From Utricularia gibba (Eukaryota; Plantae; Magnoliophyta), in assembly GCA_002189035.1 (NCBI GenBank), contig NEEC01000020.1, positions 310,001-374,000 of the forward strand: a stretch of 64,000 nucleotides of DNA, written 5' to 3'. Below the pieces are notes generated by a model, which searched no databases, was not told the DNA's origin, and worked only from the letters and a program-made list of their open reading frames with translations. The translations under genes were made by a program, and so were the position numbers. Below are positions 24,079 through 40,140 of the stretch, piece by piece (position 1 is the first letter of the stretch; each line of letters begins with the position of its first letter).

Positions 24079-24331
24079 TTACTTTTTACCATGCCTCTGG
24101 ACGAACGGGGAATTCTTGGCGTCCTCATCTACAAATTACGGACAAAATAAGGGCAAAAGAAACACAATTTCGCAGAGGGGATGGGGGATGAGAAGAAAAA
24201 CTGAACGGACCGGTGAGACCGAGGGAAAACTTGGTGACGATGAATCCAGTGACCGCGAATCCAACCAGGAAAGGCCAGTTCCGATTCCATTCTCTCCGGA
24301 AGAACACCGGCCACGGATCGAATTGCCTCAT
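24079..24331 (-). CDS. Mitochondrial ATP synthase 6 kDa small subunit; exons 24331-24211 and 24128-24079
   Basis: MRQFDPWPVFFRREWNRNWPFLVGFAVTGFIVTKFSLGLT|DEDAKNSPFVQRHGKK matches this small plant family. The last codons could alternatively splice at G|GTAAAA. Confidence 0.9.
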
Positions 24332-25049
24332 CTCCGCGCAGCGCTGTCTGTCTCTCTCTCTCTCAAAGACGAAAATCAGGGATTAATACCATTTTCTACT
24401 ATATGTGTATTTAAATTTAATTTATTCATAAATTCTCATTTTAAACAATCCTATTAAATTTATGTTTTTTAAGAGTTCAAATAATCATAATTTATTTATC
24501 TCACCTATTATTAAAAATAAACATTCATAATTTTATTTAAAATATTTTTGTTATACATCAATTTTATTTAAACCCCAATAAATTAAACTCATTTTGTCTT
24601 ATTCATATTAAGAATTAAATTTTTGATAATTGATCTCTCGTTATGAATTAAAAAGATAAATATTTAAATAAAAAGATTTTTTTTTAATTTTATACTAGTT
24701 TTTTATAAAAAAATATAAAATTATGAAAATTAAATATTTAAAATGAATAATATTTTATAAAATTAAATTACATCATGACATTTGATATCAAAGTAAAATT
24801 CAAATATAATTTTATTATGGGATAAACACTCAACCACAACTTTAATCATCATGACATTGATATCAAAGTGAAGTCTAATGATGATATATTATATGAACTA
24901 AAATGATTCTTCTAATTATCAGAATATGAAAACATAAAATTATACCATATCGAACAAAAAAATATTATATACATGAATGGTGACATAAAACATGCACAAA
25001 GGTGATGATACCAAGCCATTGATCAGTTGAATCATGAAGAACAGCACCA

Positions 25050-25073
25050 TCACACACACACACACACACACAG
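25050..25073. repeat. (CA)n microsatellite just upstream of the LTP TATA box
   Basis: Read directly from the sequence. TATATAAA follows at about 25080-25087. Confidence 0.9.
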
Positions 25074-25136
25074 AAACACTATATAAAGAGAGCCACATTG
25101 AGCTGAGCTGATACCATCCATCCAAGAACCATAACC

Positions 25137-25481
25137 ATGACCAGGAGATGCGCGATGGCGATGGTGGCGATAACCCTCGCGATGCATCTCCTGAGCTTCT
25201 CCGACGCCCAGAGCTGCGGAGCGCGGCTCGCGAGCCTCAACGCGTGCGAGCCGTTCGTGGCGCCGGACCCCAACGTGACCCCCAGCGCCGACTGCTGCGC
25301 GGCGCTGCAGGGGCTCAACCATGACTGCATCTGCAGCACCCTCAGGGTGGTCTCCCGGATCCCGTCGCAGTGCAATCTCCCGCCGCTCACCTGCGGTGCC
25401 TCCGCCGTCTCTCTTCTCCATCTTCCTTTTGCTCGTGATGGTTTTTACTGAAAGGCGTTTGGTGTTGTCGCAGGAACCTGA
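25137..25481 (+). CDS. Eight-cysteine lipid-transfer/prolamin superfamily protein, tapetum A9/MEN-8 type; exons 25137-25395 and 25474-25481
   Basis: Signal peptide plus C-X9-C...CC-X9-CXC...C...C pattern. A short terminal intron gives the end ...LTCGT*. TATA box about 55 bp upstream. Confidence 0.88.
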
Positions 25482-25930
25482 GGCGAGCGGTGGCGCACGG
25501 CCGTGGAATAAAGAGGGACGACGCCGGTTTGCTGCAACCTCTCTCAATGTTTTGTTATCTTATTATGGAGATAAAAACCAAAAAATAAAATCCGAACTTA
25601 CCACTTATTTTTAGTAGTAATGAAAAAAATATGAATCGTAATATAAATTATAAAATAGATAATATAGTACAAAAACACATGAATTGTAACAATGTATAAT
25701 ATTATACAAAAATACAAATTAGAATATCATATTCAAGATTTAATCATGATATTTCATATTTAATACAAATGAAAAAATACGATGTATTTAAATAAAGTAA
25801 TTATTTTAATTTTAATTGAAAATAAAAAATATGAAATTATTAGAATGAAATATTTAAATTAAATAATATAGTACAATAAAAAATATATTATAACATAAAA
25901 AAATGAATTAAATGATATTTTGGATACATT

Positions 25931-26524
25931 TTATTCCAAATTGGTATGGCGAGCTCGGATTTGGTCGGGGCTCCGACCCAAAACGTCCGTCAGCTCATAC
26001 ACAACCATCTCAAACACTACAAACAGCGCTCCTTCGTACACACTTCCCATCGGAAGGAGAGCCCTCTCGCCGTCGCCCTTCCGGTCATCCGCCATCGTCT
26101 GTGCCGGAATCTGGGCCACCACGCTCGCCAGTCTCACCGCCGAAGATTCCGCTTCGGGCTGCGCCGTCAGCACCACCACCCGAGCGCCGGCGCTTCTCGC
26201 CACGCCGCATATCGCGTCGACCGTCGAGAACCCGCCGGGTCCGGCGGAAGCGATGAGGAGGTCGGCGGAGGAGATGGGCGGTGTGGTCATGTCGAATACG
26301 CAGTGGGACGAGAGACCCAAGTGAAAGAGACGCATGCACAGCGCTTTCATCATAAGGCCTTCCCGGCCGACCCCGTAGACGAAGATCTTGCCGCCACGGC
26401 GGTGGGCGGCTCCAATTTCTTCTAACAGGACGGCGAGGGGCGGGCGGGTGGAGATCGGAGCTGAGAATATCGACGCCAGGTGGGAACAGATCTGGGCGGC
26501 GTAATCAGCAGCCGTATCCGCCAT
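25931..26524 (-). CDS. SIS-domain sugar isomerase, 3-hexulose-6-phosphate isomerase (PHI/HxlB)-like; intronless, 197 aa
   Basis: IFVYGVGREGLMMKALCMRLFHLG, DLLIASAGPGG, LLPMGSVYEGA and C-terminal ARHTNLE, which are hallmarks of the SIS_PHI family. Confidence 0.9.
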   Translation of the reverse strand: MADTAADYAAQICSHLASIFSAPISTRPPLAVLLEEIGAAHRRGGKIFVYGVGREGLMMKALCMRLFHLGLSSHCVFDMTTPPISSADLLIASAGPGGFSTVDAICGVARSAGARVVVLTAQPEAESSAVRLASVVAQIPAQTMADDRKGDGERALLPMGSVYEGALFVVFEMVVYELTDVLGRSPDQIRARHTNLE

Positions 26525-26900
26525 TGATGATGAAGTCCAAGCTCACCCTTATCTCATTCTCACCACATGTATATAATATTTATTTATTATTTTTAAAATA
26601 GACTGATAATAAATAACCCTTTTAATTTTAATATTTCAATTTTCTAAATTATGACTCTTTATAAATCCAAACGACAAAAAATTAAAATAAATAATATGTT
26701 TATAATAAAACTAGAATACGTTATCTTTATTTTTTAAAAATTGGAATTATTTAATTAAAAAAGTTACTTTTATTTTTAATCCTCTTATATATACATATAT
26801 ATAATCTTATATGTCAAAAATATTTTCGACTATATTTATTAAAATAAATTATTTATTAAAATAGGGCAGTCACACAAAAACTATATGAAGATTTAAGCCC

Positions 26901-27595
26901 TTAATCCTTGTGGGTATGGGAGTAGTGGATTTTGAAGGCCTTGGGGAGGTAAAATGGCAGCAGAAACCCTAGAAGATTGAACCCCAGAACCCTAAATTGG
27001 CCACCGCCAGCGCCCTCCCGGCGAACAGAGGCATCCGGCCAAACTCCTCCTTGGCGAATTCGATCCTCACCCACTCCCAAATGGGCGGCAGCCTCCATGA
27101 ATTGTAGAATACCGGAACAAAAACTCTAATCGGAAGTGAAAACCCGGCAGAAAACGAAACGCCCTCCATCAGAACTTGAGTCGCCAGAAGGAACACTGGT
27201 GGCGCCGCTGCTTGGACGCCGTCTCGGTCGCCCTGGAGAATACCGATGATGAGGTAGACCACAGGGAGAATCAAGCCGACTATCGCTCCCACGATAACGT
27301 AGCGACCTAGAATCCTGTTATTGGCGGCGAAGACAGGCGGCGGTGTGTCGGAGGTGGCGGCGGGGAAGGAGATTCGGGAGAGGAATAGGAGGTAGAGCGT
27401 GGAGAAGACGACGAAGGCGATATCTACGAGGCTGATTGTCGCGGTGGCGGAGATGAAGATGACGATCGCCAAGGAGTAGATATGATGCGCAGTGATGTAA
27501 ATACGCCGACGCGGCGCAGGCTCCACGGCGGCGGCGGTTGGCGTCTCGTCTCCATGGAGAGAGATGTCGCGTGGCGGATCTGCTCCGGCGGACAT
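26901..27595 (-). CDS. Conserved plant multi-pass membrane protein of unknown function (At5g52420-like), intronless, with an apparent -1 frameshift at 26982-26985
   Basis: Hydrophobic segments and VPVFYN.WRL...W...GRALAVANLGFW in one frame. The conserved tail FNLLGFLLPFYLPKAFKIHY is in the next frame. Confidence 0.8.
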
Positions 27596-28570
27596 CGTGT
27601 TGTGGGTGTGGATGAAAATGCCGCGATACTGTAACAAAGATGATTGGCCGTAAAGAGTAGAGTTCAGATAGCGAGAGGAAGAAGGAAGGGCCAGCGGTTG
27701 CACACGTGGCGATTTGTAACAATATGACTGGCCAGGAACAGCAGAGTTCCGATGGCAATAGAGTAAATTTGGAATTTGATTAATCAAATTTACTACAAAT
27801 TTTGAGAATATTTCATTTTGAAAAAAAATTGAAATCCAAAATATCAAAAAAATTTCGTCAAAACTTAAAATTTCTAAGAAGAAGATGTTACAATATGCAT
27901 TGCATTATTTAAGATAAAATGCAATGTAAAATTAGAAATAATAATTGTATATAAATTATTTATCAATTTCGTTTGCAATGAATGTGAAATTAGTTTTAGG
28001 TCATTACACTCCTAATTGGACCGGGCTCTTCCATTCCTCTTGAAAACTCAATGTACTCACTCAGGTTTGCTTCATTATCAATTATAAGTTTAAGTTTAAT
28101 TCTGATATCAAATATAATGATTGATTATCTTTTTATACGATATTATATATTTTGACTATGAAATTCTATGCATCATGAAAATTATCATATCATATGAAAA
28201 TTCATTCATATTTTCATATTTTTCGGCTTACTAGTCTACATCTTTCTTTCAATACCAATCCACAAGACACAATTTTATGATTTGTTAGAAAATCGTTCTA
28301 AAAATTTATATATCCATACGACCTATTCAACTAGTCGCCATGATGTAACGAGGTGCATGTGTGGAACCTATTCCTGGTAAGGTTATGTGTCCTAAAGTGA
28401 TGGAGAGGCCAGGAATGTGCAAACTTGAGGACCCTTGATTCCTCTATTGCCTCCCTCTTTTAAGGCACACCAAGGTTGCCATTTCCCCTCAAAAGCACTC
28501 ACAAAAGTCCCCTCCCCCCTTCTCTTATCTCCCCACTGGAGTTGGATCTTCTCATCTCTGAGCTGCAAAA

Positions 28571-29181
28571 ATGGTGTGTTTCTGATCTTTTTGTAACGAT
28601 CATCTGCTTCTGGTTCGTTTTTCTTGTGAAATGATGACTTGGGTTGTCAGGCAAACGCTGCTTCTGGAATGGCAGTGGATGATAACTGCAAGCTGAAGTT
28701 TCAGGAGCTGAAGTCCAAAAGAAACTACCGGTTCATAATCTTCAAGATTGAAGAGCAGCAAGTTGTGGTGGAGAAGCTTGGTGGCCATGAATCAAGCTAT
28801 CAGGATTTCACCAGCTCCCTCCCTTCCGACGAATGCCGGTATGCGGTCTTCGATTTCGACTTCACGACGTCGGAGAACTGCCAGAAGAGCAAGATTTTCT
28901 TCATAGCATGGTAATCTTCTATAATAAACAGAGTGCAAGCATTACAGACATACCTGTGCATATTGAGTTCCTGACTTCCATCATCTTGGAATAGCACCCT
29001 GGCTAAGGTTTCGGTTTGATGCACCTACAGGTCTCCGGATTCGTCGAAGGTGAGGATGAAGATGGTTTATGCGAGCTCAAAGGACAGATTTAAGAGGGAG
29101 CTGGATGGGATTCAGGTTGAGCTTCAAGCAACCGATCCAAGTGAAATGAGCTTCGACATCATCAAAGAGCGTGCCTTTTGA
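28571..29181 (+). CDS. ADF: Actin-depolymerizing factor (subclass II, ADF7/ADF10-like); exons 28571-28573, 28651-28910, 29031-29181
   Basis: Typical ATG-only first exon, then [61 protein letters not shown]. Confidence 0.96.
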
Positions 29182-29760
29182 AACCAAGGCCATGATCCAG
29201 CTAACTCCTTTCATCTCGTTGAACACTTTGTTTCATTGGTTTCGGTTTATAAGATGTAATCACCAATATGGATTTCAGTTCATTTACATGCTGTGAAATC
29301 TCATTCGATGCAAATATGACAACGAAATGCTCATCATTTGAGATCAATAGGCTTGACATTAAGAGGTTTCTCAACGACTATCCTTCATACTGAATTGATA
29401 AGAACTATATGAACACAAGAAGTGCACTGTCTGTGACATGAAAGTATGATTTCGTATCATTTTTTACTGGGTCGATTCATGTAAAGAGAGGTTAAGTGGT
29501 AAGCAGAGGAGATGATGCTTCAAAAGTTCACCTTTTGGAATCCAGAATGGAATTCAGAACCCCAATATGGCGAACTATTTGTGTTTGGATCCACCTCTGG
29601 TGATGCTTCCAAGTCGAATTGATCCTACTGAGAGAAAAAAAAATGGTGACATTCACTTGCCTTTAGAAAATAGGAGCATTGCAACCCCATCTTAAACTGT
29701 GGATGGTAAAAGTGTGGATATAATGAGGAGCGTAGAGTCATGAGATATGTACCGTAAACT

Positions 29761-31084
29761 CTAGAAAATGCTTGATCCTACACGACGTTGCAAGACTTCG
29801 GTTCTCTTACTTCTCTCTACAGCATTGATCACCCAGTTTATGCTTTCTTTGATTCCCAATCTGCAGGGAAGTTTGAAGCATGTCTCATATACTTCGACAT
29901 GGAGCCACAACGAGAGAGCACATTGCTTCTCTATGTCTTCATGGAATACATGTTTCTGGAGATGTCTGCTTACCCATCAACAGCTGAAGCCCCTTGGAAC
30001 GAATAAACTCTCTCATCCAATTTCTTGAGGTCCAGATATCCAGCAATTTCATCAACTGATACAGCATCTTCTAGATCCTGCGAATTACTCATGTCTTATT
30101 CATTACCATGTCGAGTTTTCTTACCTACACGAAGTTGCAAGGGCATTTGATGGTTCATATTGGTATACCTGCTTGTTTGCTATTATCAGGAGTGGAGCTC
30201 CTCGCAGGTCCTCATGCCGAAGGACCTTTTCTACAAATTCAAGTGAAATTAAGCCTAACTGGAAAGGAAACAAGAGAAAAAAAGCAGTGACATGAGAAGA
30301 ACATGTATCACTGACCAAGAGCAGATTTGGAATCCTCAAAACGGGATGGACATGCAGCATCGATGACAAAAATCACAGCATGCGCATCTTCATAATATTT
30401 TTCCCATATGGACTGAAGACCAGGCTGATGAAACCCAAAAAAAAAAAAAAACATCATCCAATGAAATGATCAAAGCTAAAGCAAATTTCTTGTATGAGAT
30501 TTTCAAAATTTAACCACATGCCAAATAATCAACAGGGCTTTGATGTTTCAATTAGCAGTTAGCTTTTCACGATGAATCAAATAGAGAGTGAATGTCTCAA
30601 CCTGACCACCCAAGTCCCAGAATACAAGTTTTGTATTGGGCATTTCAATGCGACCAATATTCAGTCCCACAGTTGGAAGAATACGGTCTGGAGGAAGACC
30701 TTCAGAGTTTGAGTAGTGAGATTTCACTTTCTCCAGCAATGTCTACGGATTCAAACATCTTTGTCAGCGAGACAACGAAGTCACGATATTAATCACTTCA
30801 CAGGAATTCGAAAAAAATGCAGATGCCAAATAAAGCAAATGACCCAAAGCATTCTAGAGTAGATATTCATCAAAATCTTCTGTTAAGAAACTAATTTAAC
30901 AGGTACATCTAGTCTTTTAATCAAAACACATGTTTGCTTCATCATTCACAAGGTTATGAGTTGACTTTACGAAAGCTGTTGAGAAATCTACCGTTTTTCC
31001 AGCTTTGTCAATTCCAAGTATAAGAACATGAAATTCCATCTTGCTCAGCATGTAGTTCCATAACCCATAAAACAAAGAAAACAT
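29761..31084 (-). CDS. ARFRP1: ADP-ribosylation factor-related protein 1 (ARFRP1/ARLB1) small GTPase, 6 coding exons
   Basis: MFSLFYGLWNY...LILGIDKAGKT, PTVGLNIG, WDLGGQ, IWEKYY, IIANKQD and GIKESINW. A 5' UTR exon and intron extend to about 32130. Confidence 0.94.
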
Positions 31085-32570
31085 CTTTATCCCAATTCTT
31101 GTTCCTCAGCTAAACTTCCGCAAGAAACCCAAGATTGGTAATTGAAAACTGCACAGAAAAGAAAAAAAAATCCATCATTCACAAAACATACGCCCCCAGC
31201 TAAGAAGCCACGGTAACGCCTCAAGCTCTATCACTAACAATGAACCAAAGAAGGTTCAAATACCAGATCTCGCAGAAAATTCGTTAAAGACAAGCTCCCA
31301 TCATTCAAACAAAAGAAAAATAAGAACTCTAATACAGATTCCGGCCATTTACCGAACTAAAATAATAAATCTGAGTATCCCGGATCAAGATCAATACAGA
31401 AGAATCAATCAATCAAACCAACTCAGAAAACTTCATACAGTTAATCAAATCAACAAAGAATCTTCCAATCTGCACATCTCAACGAGTTACTGGAATCAGA
31501 AAGAACTAACAGCTAGCAATGCAATGCAACAACATTAATTGTACTAGATTTCTGACGCCGCCAAAAAATGGAAAGGAAATTACTTCTTTATCCCTGTAAT
31601 TTTGGATAACTATTCTCAAAATCACCTCATAGCAAACAGTGGTTCAAGAAAACACAAGTATGAGACAGAAACAGCAAAACCCCATCTAAGTTTGCAAGTT
31701 TGCTCTTTTACACCATAATTTTCTCAGAAACGATAGAAAACCCTCATCAGAAAAAAAACAAGATATGGAATGTGGAAAAGAGCATTGGTGTTAATAGCAT
31801 GTATGCATTCACTTCCCTACCAACACAGCTTCAATTAGGCATTCTGTCGAACAGGTAGCATGCAAAGGAAAAAAAATGATCACAAAGAAACCCACAAAAT
31901 TCGGCATCTTAAATGAAATGTAACCCCCCATGAATAAACAAAAAACAAAACAGATACACGCGACTTATAGCTTCGGATTTCGCAGATCAAGAGCTGAGGA
32001 GATGATTCACCTGAGAAAAAATAATTTTCCGAAAAAATTCACAGTAAATTGTTAGACTCTTGAGGGTAGTATTGGGAATTCGCAAGACTCCTCGTTGGGT
32101 GGCCAGTGCAACTGAAAACCACCACCGCAACAGATTTTCCCAACCAGAAGCGAAGGAATTGGGAGACGAAACAACACTTCGAATGTATGAAAACATTTCC
32201 TTGTTTTTTTTTTTCAATTAGATTCTAATTGTGTGATCTTCATGCGGGCATTTTCATGGGCTCACATTGGCCGCAGTTGGATATCTGTGTTGGGGAATGA
32301 TTGTAGAACAGAAAATTGTTCGATTTTTTTTTTTATTTAGGGTTCATATGGGTTTGAATGCTTGTAGATTTAGGGTTCATTTTCCCTTTAAGTTGTTGTG
32401 GCTTCGTTTTTTCAAGTATGCATTCAACCCATTGGAGGCCTTTTGTATGAAGTTTGCTCAGTCACGCGTTTGAAGTCAAGTCTAATCCTTGCAAGAACTG
32501 ATTTTTTTTTATTTTCTCTTCTTACCATGTGATCCTCTGCTCATTTCTTTGATTTTTTGCTCAGCTGTAT

Positions 32571-33567
32571 ATGAATATAAGGTGGTGGATGGTGTTTTGT
32601 GTGTTAAAATGGTTTGGTTTTTTTTTTCAGTTATTTAGGATTTTGATGATGTTCTACTGTCCGTCAGCAGGGGTCGGGTTAGATGGAATGAAGCTGAGCT
32701 AGCGGAGATAGAGGCGAATAAGCCTGTGAGGCAAAAAATAACTGAGCCAAAGACACCATATCATTCCATGATATCTGATGATGATTTCATTGTTGATGAA
32801 GGCATGTTGCTCTTCTGCTTCCATTTCTAAACATGGAGATCTTCTCTTTTACTTAGCCCAAATGCATGAATAATTTGGTGGCATGAATCTGGATGCTGTT
32901 TATACAGTTCTTTAATTGGTTTGGCTGAGGAAAAACATGCAATAGGTTTGAGTAGCATGGGTTTTCTGATTAACCATGGTGTAACACTTTAGTGGGTTCT
33001 ATGAATGATTCAGTAGACGTGTTTTCTTTCATATTCTGTGATCTTTCATGATGAATCGATGAAGTTTCATGAGGTGCAATGACTCCGCATCATGTTTGGA
33101 GTTGGATCACATTAATCATCCAGCATTTGTCACTATGCTTTTGCATATCAGAATCCACAGGAAGTTTGGAGCCGCATTCAAAAGATACAAATGGCTCAAC
33201 ATGGGGTGATGTAGGCAAAGCCAGTCCACAGAATTCAGGCTGGACATCTTCCGAAGATGATGCCGATCCAAAAGAAGGTACTCATGCCATGTTTCACACC
33301 CTACACCTCTCATGATCTCAACCACCTTCTCAATTGCACCTATCAGATACAGACCATGGGAGACACAAGAGCTTCAGGGAGCACAGGAAAGCCCATTACA
33401 ACGAGTTTCTCAAGGTTAAGGAACTCCGGCGAAAGGGTTCGTCACTCGCGGATGATTCTGATGAGGAGCATGAGGAAGTTGTGAAAAAGAAGAAAAGGGA
33501 TGGTGATTGCTCTTCATCAGGAACCACTGCTGTCAAAAGAACCAACACTGCTGAGCATGATTCATGA
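32571..33567 (+). CDS. I-2: Protein phosphatase 1 inhibitor-2; exons 32571-32581, 32671-32801, about 33161-33277, 33347-33567
   Basis: RVRW (RVxW) PP1-docking motif, [17 protein letters not shown] and [12 protein letters not shown]. The second coding intron has a GC donor. Confidence 0.88.
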
Positions 33568-33616
33568 CCAGGCTTTCTGTTTGTGCTGATCCTTGGTATT
33601 GAGTTTGCAATTGTAG

Positions 33617-36633
<3,017 letters not shown>

Positions 36634-37191
36634 GGCAGTCTTAGCTTCTCCTTCCATAGCATTTCCTGCTTCGCCTGTTCATTCTTTTTTTATCTCACAG
36701 AAGGTTCATAAAAATAATTTTATTATTTTATTTTGCATTTTAAATTTTAAATAAATAAAAAATTAAAATATTTTATTATAAATAAACTAGTATCCTTTTT
36801 TGATCAGTAGGAATAATTTTAATTATTAATTATTAAATTACAAGAATGTATGTAATCATGTTAAAACAAAATCGAATTAAGAATCAATTAATGAAATCAA
36901 AGGGAAAATGATGATAATAATTTAATTACTGATGAATTATGTATAAAAAGACGAGAATCTACATGGAATTTGCTACACATGTGCTAATGATTTGCAAAAA
37001 TAGTTATTCATCTTTTATTTATTATAATTAAAAATTAATATTAAAAATAATTATTTTTCTCATGGATTATATTTTATACTTGACTTCTGTAAGTATACCG
37101 ACTCATGAAATTACCATCACTTCTTTTTATATTATATTACTTTATTATTAAATAACAAATTATAATCAGTTATCTAAATAAGTATCCTAAG

Positions 37192-37257
37192 AATTTGCAC
37201 ATCGCATTTATATTATAAAATTTGCACTTCACATTTATATTGAAAATTTACACATTA
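37192..37257. repeat. Short tandem repeat with period of about 27 bp (AATTTGCAC.TC.CATTTATATT)
   Basis: Two and a half imperfect copies read directly. Confidence 0.6.
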
Positions 37258-38610
37258 GGTAATTTGAAAGTGTGCTTCACATTATTTAGAATATAATCAA
37301 TTTTAAAATTAAATAAATAGAATTAATTTTAAAATTATAAAAATTTTTCTGCAATATTATAAAATTTAATATATATTGTAAAATTTAGTATGCTAAATTA
37401 TTTTATAATTAAATATTATAATATAAATATATATTTATATTAGATAATAAGTAAATGATATAATTTTTTAATTAATTATTAAAACACAAATTTAAAAAAT
37501 TCAATATTTTTAAAGTGCATAACGTTAAATATTAGAATTTTTAAAAATTAAATAAAAATCAATTCAGAAAATTATTCATATAGAACAGATCCTACGAAAT
37601 TATTAAAAAAGAATTTAGTTAAAATTAAATACTGTTTTTAAATAAAATCACCTTATTTATTCATTATCTTTCCTTAAGTCTGATTTTGATATTATTATTT
37701 ACTAAGTATATCTAAATCTTACCTTAGATTGTATTATATAATTAGGCAATAATGTTACGTAGGTGGCGCTGCAGTTGAAAAAACTTCGTCTTTTTGGTAT
37801 GATCGCAATTTACTTAAAATTTGCTCTGCGTGTGTGTGTGTATGTGTGTGTTTTTTTTTGGATGAAGCTTGTTGCTTCATTGGTGCTGAATGTGTGATTT
37901 TCTTACAGACTTTGTGATAATTTTTTCGATATTTTTTTTTTCTGAAAAACAGCACCGATGGGAATGGGACTCTGTCCGAAACTGCCGGGGAGTCCATGGC
38001 AGTGATGTTCGAAGTTGATGCAACAGAATCAGGGAAATTTTGGGCTAAAAAATGTTAAATGTGGCCTGCCCTAATTATGTGGAAGTTTTTGAGGAGTATT
38101 GCGGTTTGATACCCCTTGTCTGTCATTGCCGTACGTGTACCATTTGGCTGTGAATGCGATTTCAGTTTCTGCATCTTTTTATTGGTGTTTTAGATGCCTG
38201 GTGGCGCCTCGGTGGGCGGTGAGTTTTTCTTTGTATCGGCGGGAATTGGGTTTTGGGGTTTCCAATTTTTTCTGGGTTTTAGTGCGCATTCCTTTTTGAT
38301 CCGATATGGGGAAGTGTAGTGATTGCAAGTGGTGTCGTTTACGGGAATTGGCATTTGGTGATATGGGGTTTATGTGCGTCATTTAAGTTTGTGTTTGGTA
38401 GCGTGATTGCTGCTATTCAATTACCAGTTTCAGGTTGCTGCATTGATTCACCATTGTTGCCATGTGGGTGTTCTCTAAAATCCGTTCTTTGGTTTTTGCA
38501 GGTATTTGTTGGGGGTGAAAAGGCGGAGGGCTTGACTGGTTTTCGGCGGATCCGCCTGATATCGGCAAAGCTGAGAGCTTTAGTCATTCCTCCGCCTTCT
38601 CCATTTGATC

Positions 38611-40140
38611 ATGGAATTGAATGCTGCTGCTGCAAGTTCCTTGCAATTCTCTCATTCTTCACTTTCTCGAACGCCCTCCTCGTCACAAACTTTCCCCCCT
38701 CCGCCTGTGCGGTGGCGCCGCCGCTTCTTTACCGGTGATGGGGCTCTGTTCTTCCGGTGTGATGCGAAATCCCCTGTGCGGCCCATCAAAAAGGCCTTCA
38801 GATCAAGCTTGAATAATCCATTGAACAAGTTTCCGGACCACCAGAGGCCTTTTGATGATTTCGAAACACCACAGTTTCCAGAAAGAGAGGAGATTATTCC
38901 TGCCAACATTGAGAGCATAGCGAACTCGGTCGACATCCCCTTTTCCCTTAAAATGATCAGACGAAAGAGGCAGTGGCAAAAGGAGCTACAAAATGCTGGG
39001 GAAACAGCTCGCTGTTCAGTATATAAAGCTTTTTCTTCACTTGTGTTTATAATCGGTGAGCTTCAAAGTTACACTCTGCAGATGGAGGAGTTGCGGGGGA
39101 TGATGGGAAATGCCCATAATGAGATCCACGCCTCATTTGTTTGGCTGTTTCAGAATGTCTTCTCTCAAACTCCCACTTTGATGCTTCATGTGATGACTCT
39201 TCTCGCAAATTACAGTGTTTATGCCATCTCACCTGGTCTCGACATAGCTGAGATTCTCAGTTTTCAAACATGTATGATCCAAGAAGTGTTATCTGTGGAA
39301 GGGGAGCAGAGTACAGATCAGAACATGGACTCATCAGTTCTTACCAAGCCTGTAGTCTCATCTTCCATAGCAGAGGTCGGAGGTGGTGGTGGCAAGTACA
39401 ATCAGATTGGTTCCGGAGAAGATGACCGGTTCAAAGAATCTGATGACCATCACAAGATTGGGACCAACACCTTCAGCACCATAGAGGAAGAGGCTCATTC
39501 TCTAACCCAAGAAGAGGAGGACCAGTGGAAATCATTTGTTGATCAGGCTTATGAGATGCAAGCTGAATCAAGAGACCAAGAACTTGATCATGAAACAATG
39601 CAGCTGTTCGTGTCGCCTATCGACGCTCGAATCGAATCAGATGATGCATCAGATCTTTCCAGGACGGAGATGCTGTACCTAATGCAGCTAGCAGAACAGC
39701 CCAAGAATTCCATGCTCTTGGCCAACTTTGCTCAGTTTCTCTACCTGGTGGCACAAGATTTCGACAGGTACCCATCAGATCTTTTAAGTTTGTAGTTCTC
39801 GAAAACGGATAATATCGAACAGGGGTGTGATCCTGGATACCATTGAAAAGTATGATGATGAAACAAAACAATCCATACTGCTTGTCATTGGCTTTACAGT
39901 TGATGTTTGTGATGGAACAGAGCAGAAGACTACTTCAGGAGAGCAACGCAGGGTGAGCCACAGGATCCAGAAGCGTTCAACAAGTACGCAAATTTCCTGT
40001 GGGTGGTGAGGAAGGACCTGTGGGCAGCTGAGCAGAGCTTCTTGGAATCCATGGATATCGAACCGGGTAACCCGTATTATCGAGCTGAGTATGCCCGCTT
40101 CCTGTCCAATACCGGCGGTGAAGACACTTGCTTCCTCTGA
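38611..40140 (+). CDS. TPR-like superfamily protein (At1g07280-like); exons 38611-39767 and 39921-40140
   Basis: IPFSLKMIRRKRQW, CSVYKAFSSLVFII, HASFVWLFQNVFSQTPTLM, and C-terminal TPRs (LLANFAQFLY...RAEDYFRRA...YANFLW...YARFL). Confidence 0.85.

Noticed and set aside
25137-29181. Anther/pollen gene cluster (tapetal LTP plus pollen-type ADF)
   Set aside because: The two genes are separated by unrelated genes and the order follows ancestral synteny. There is no evidence of a functional cluster.
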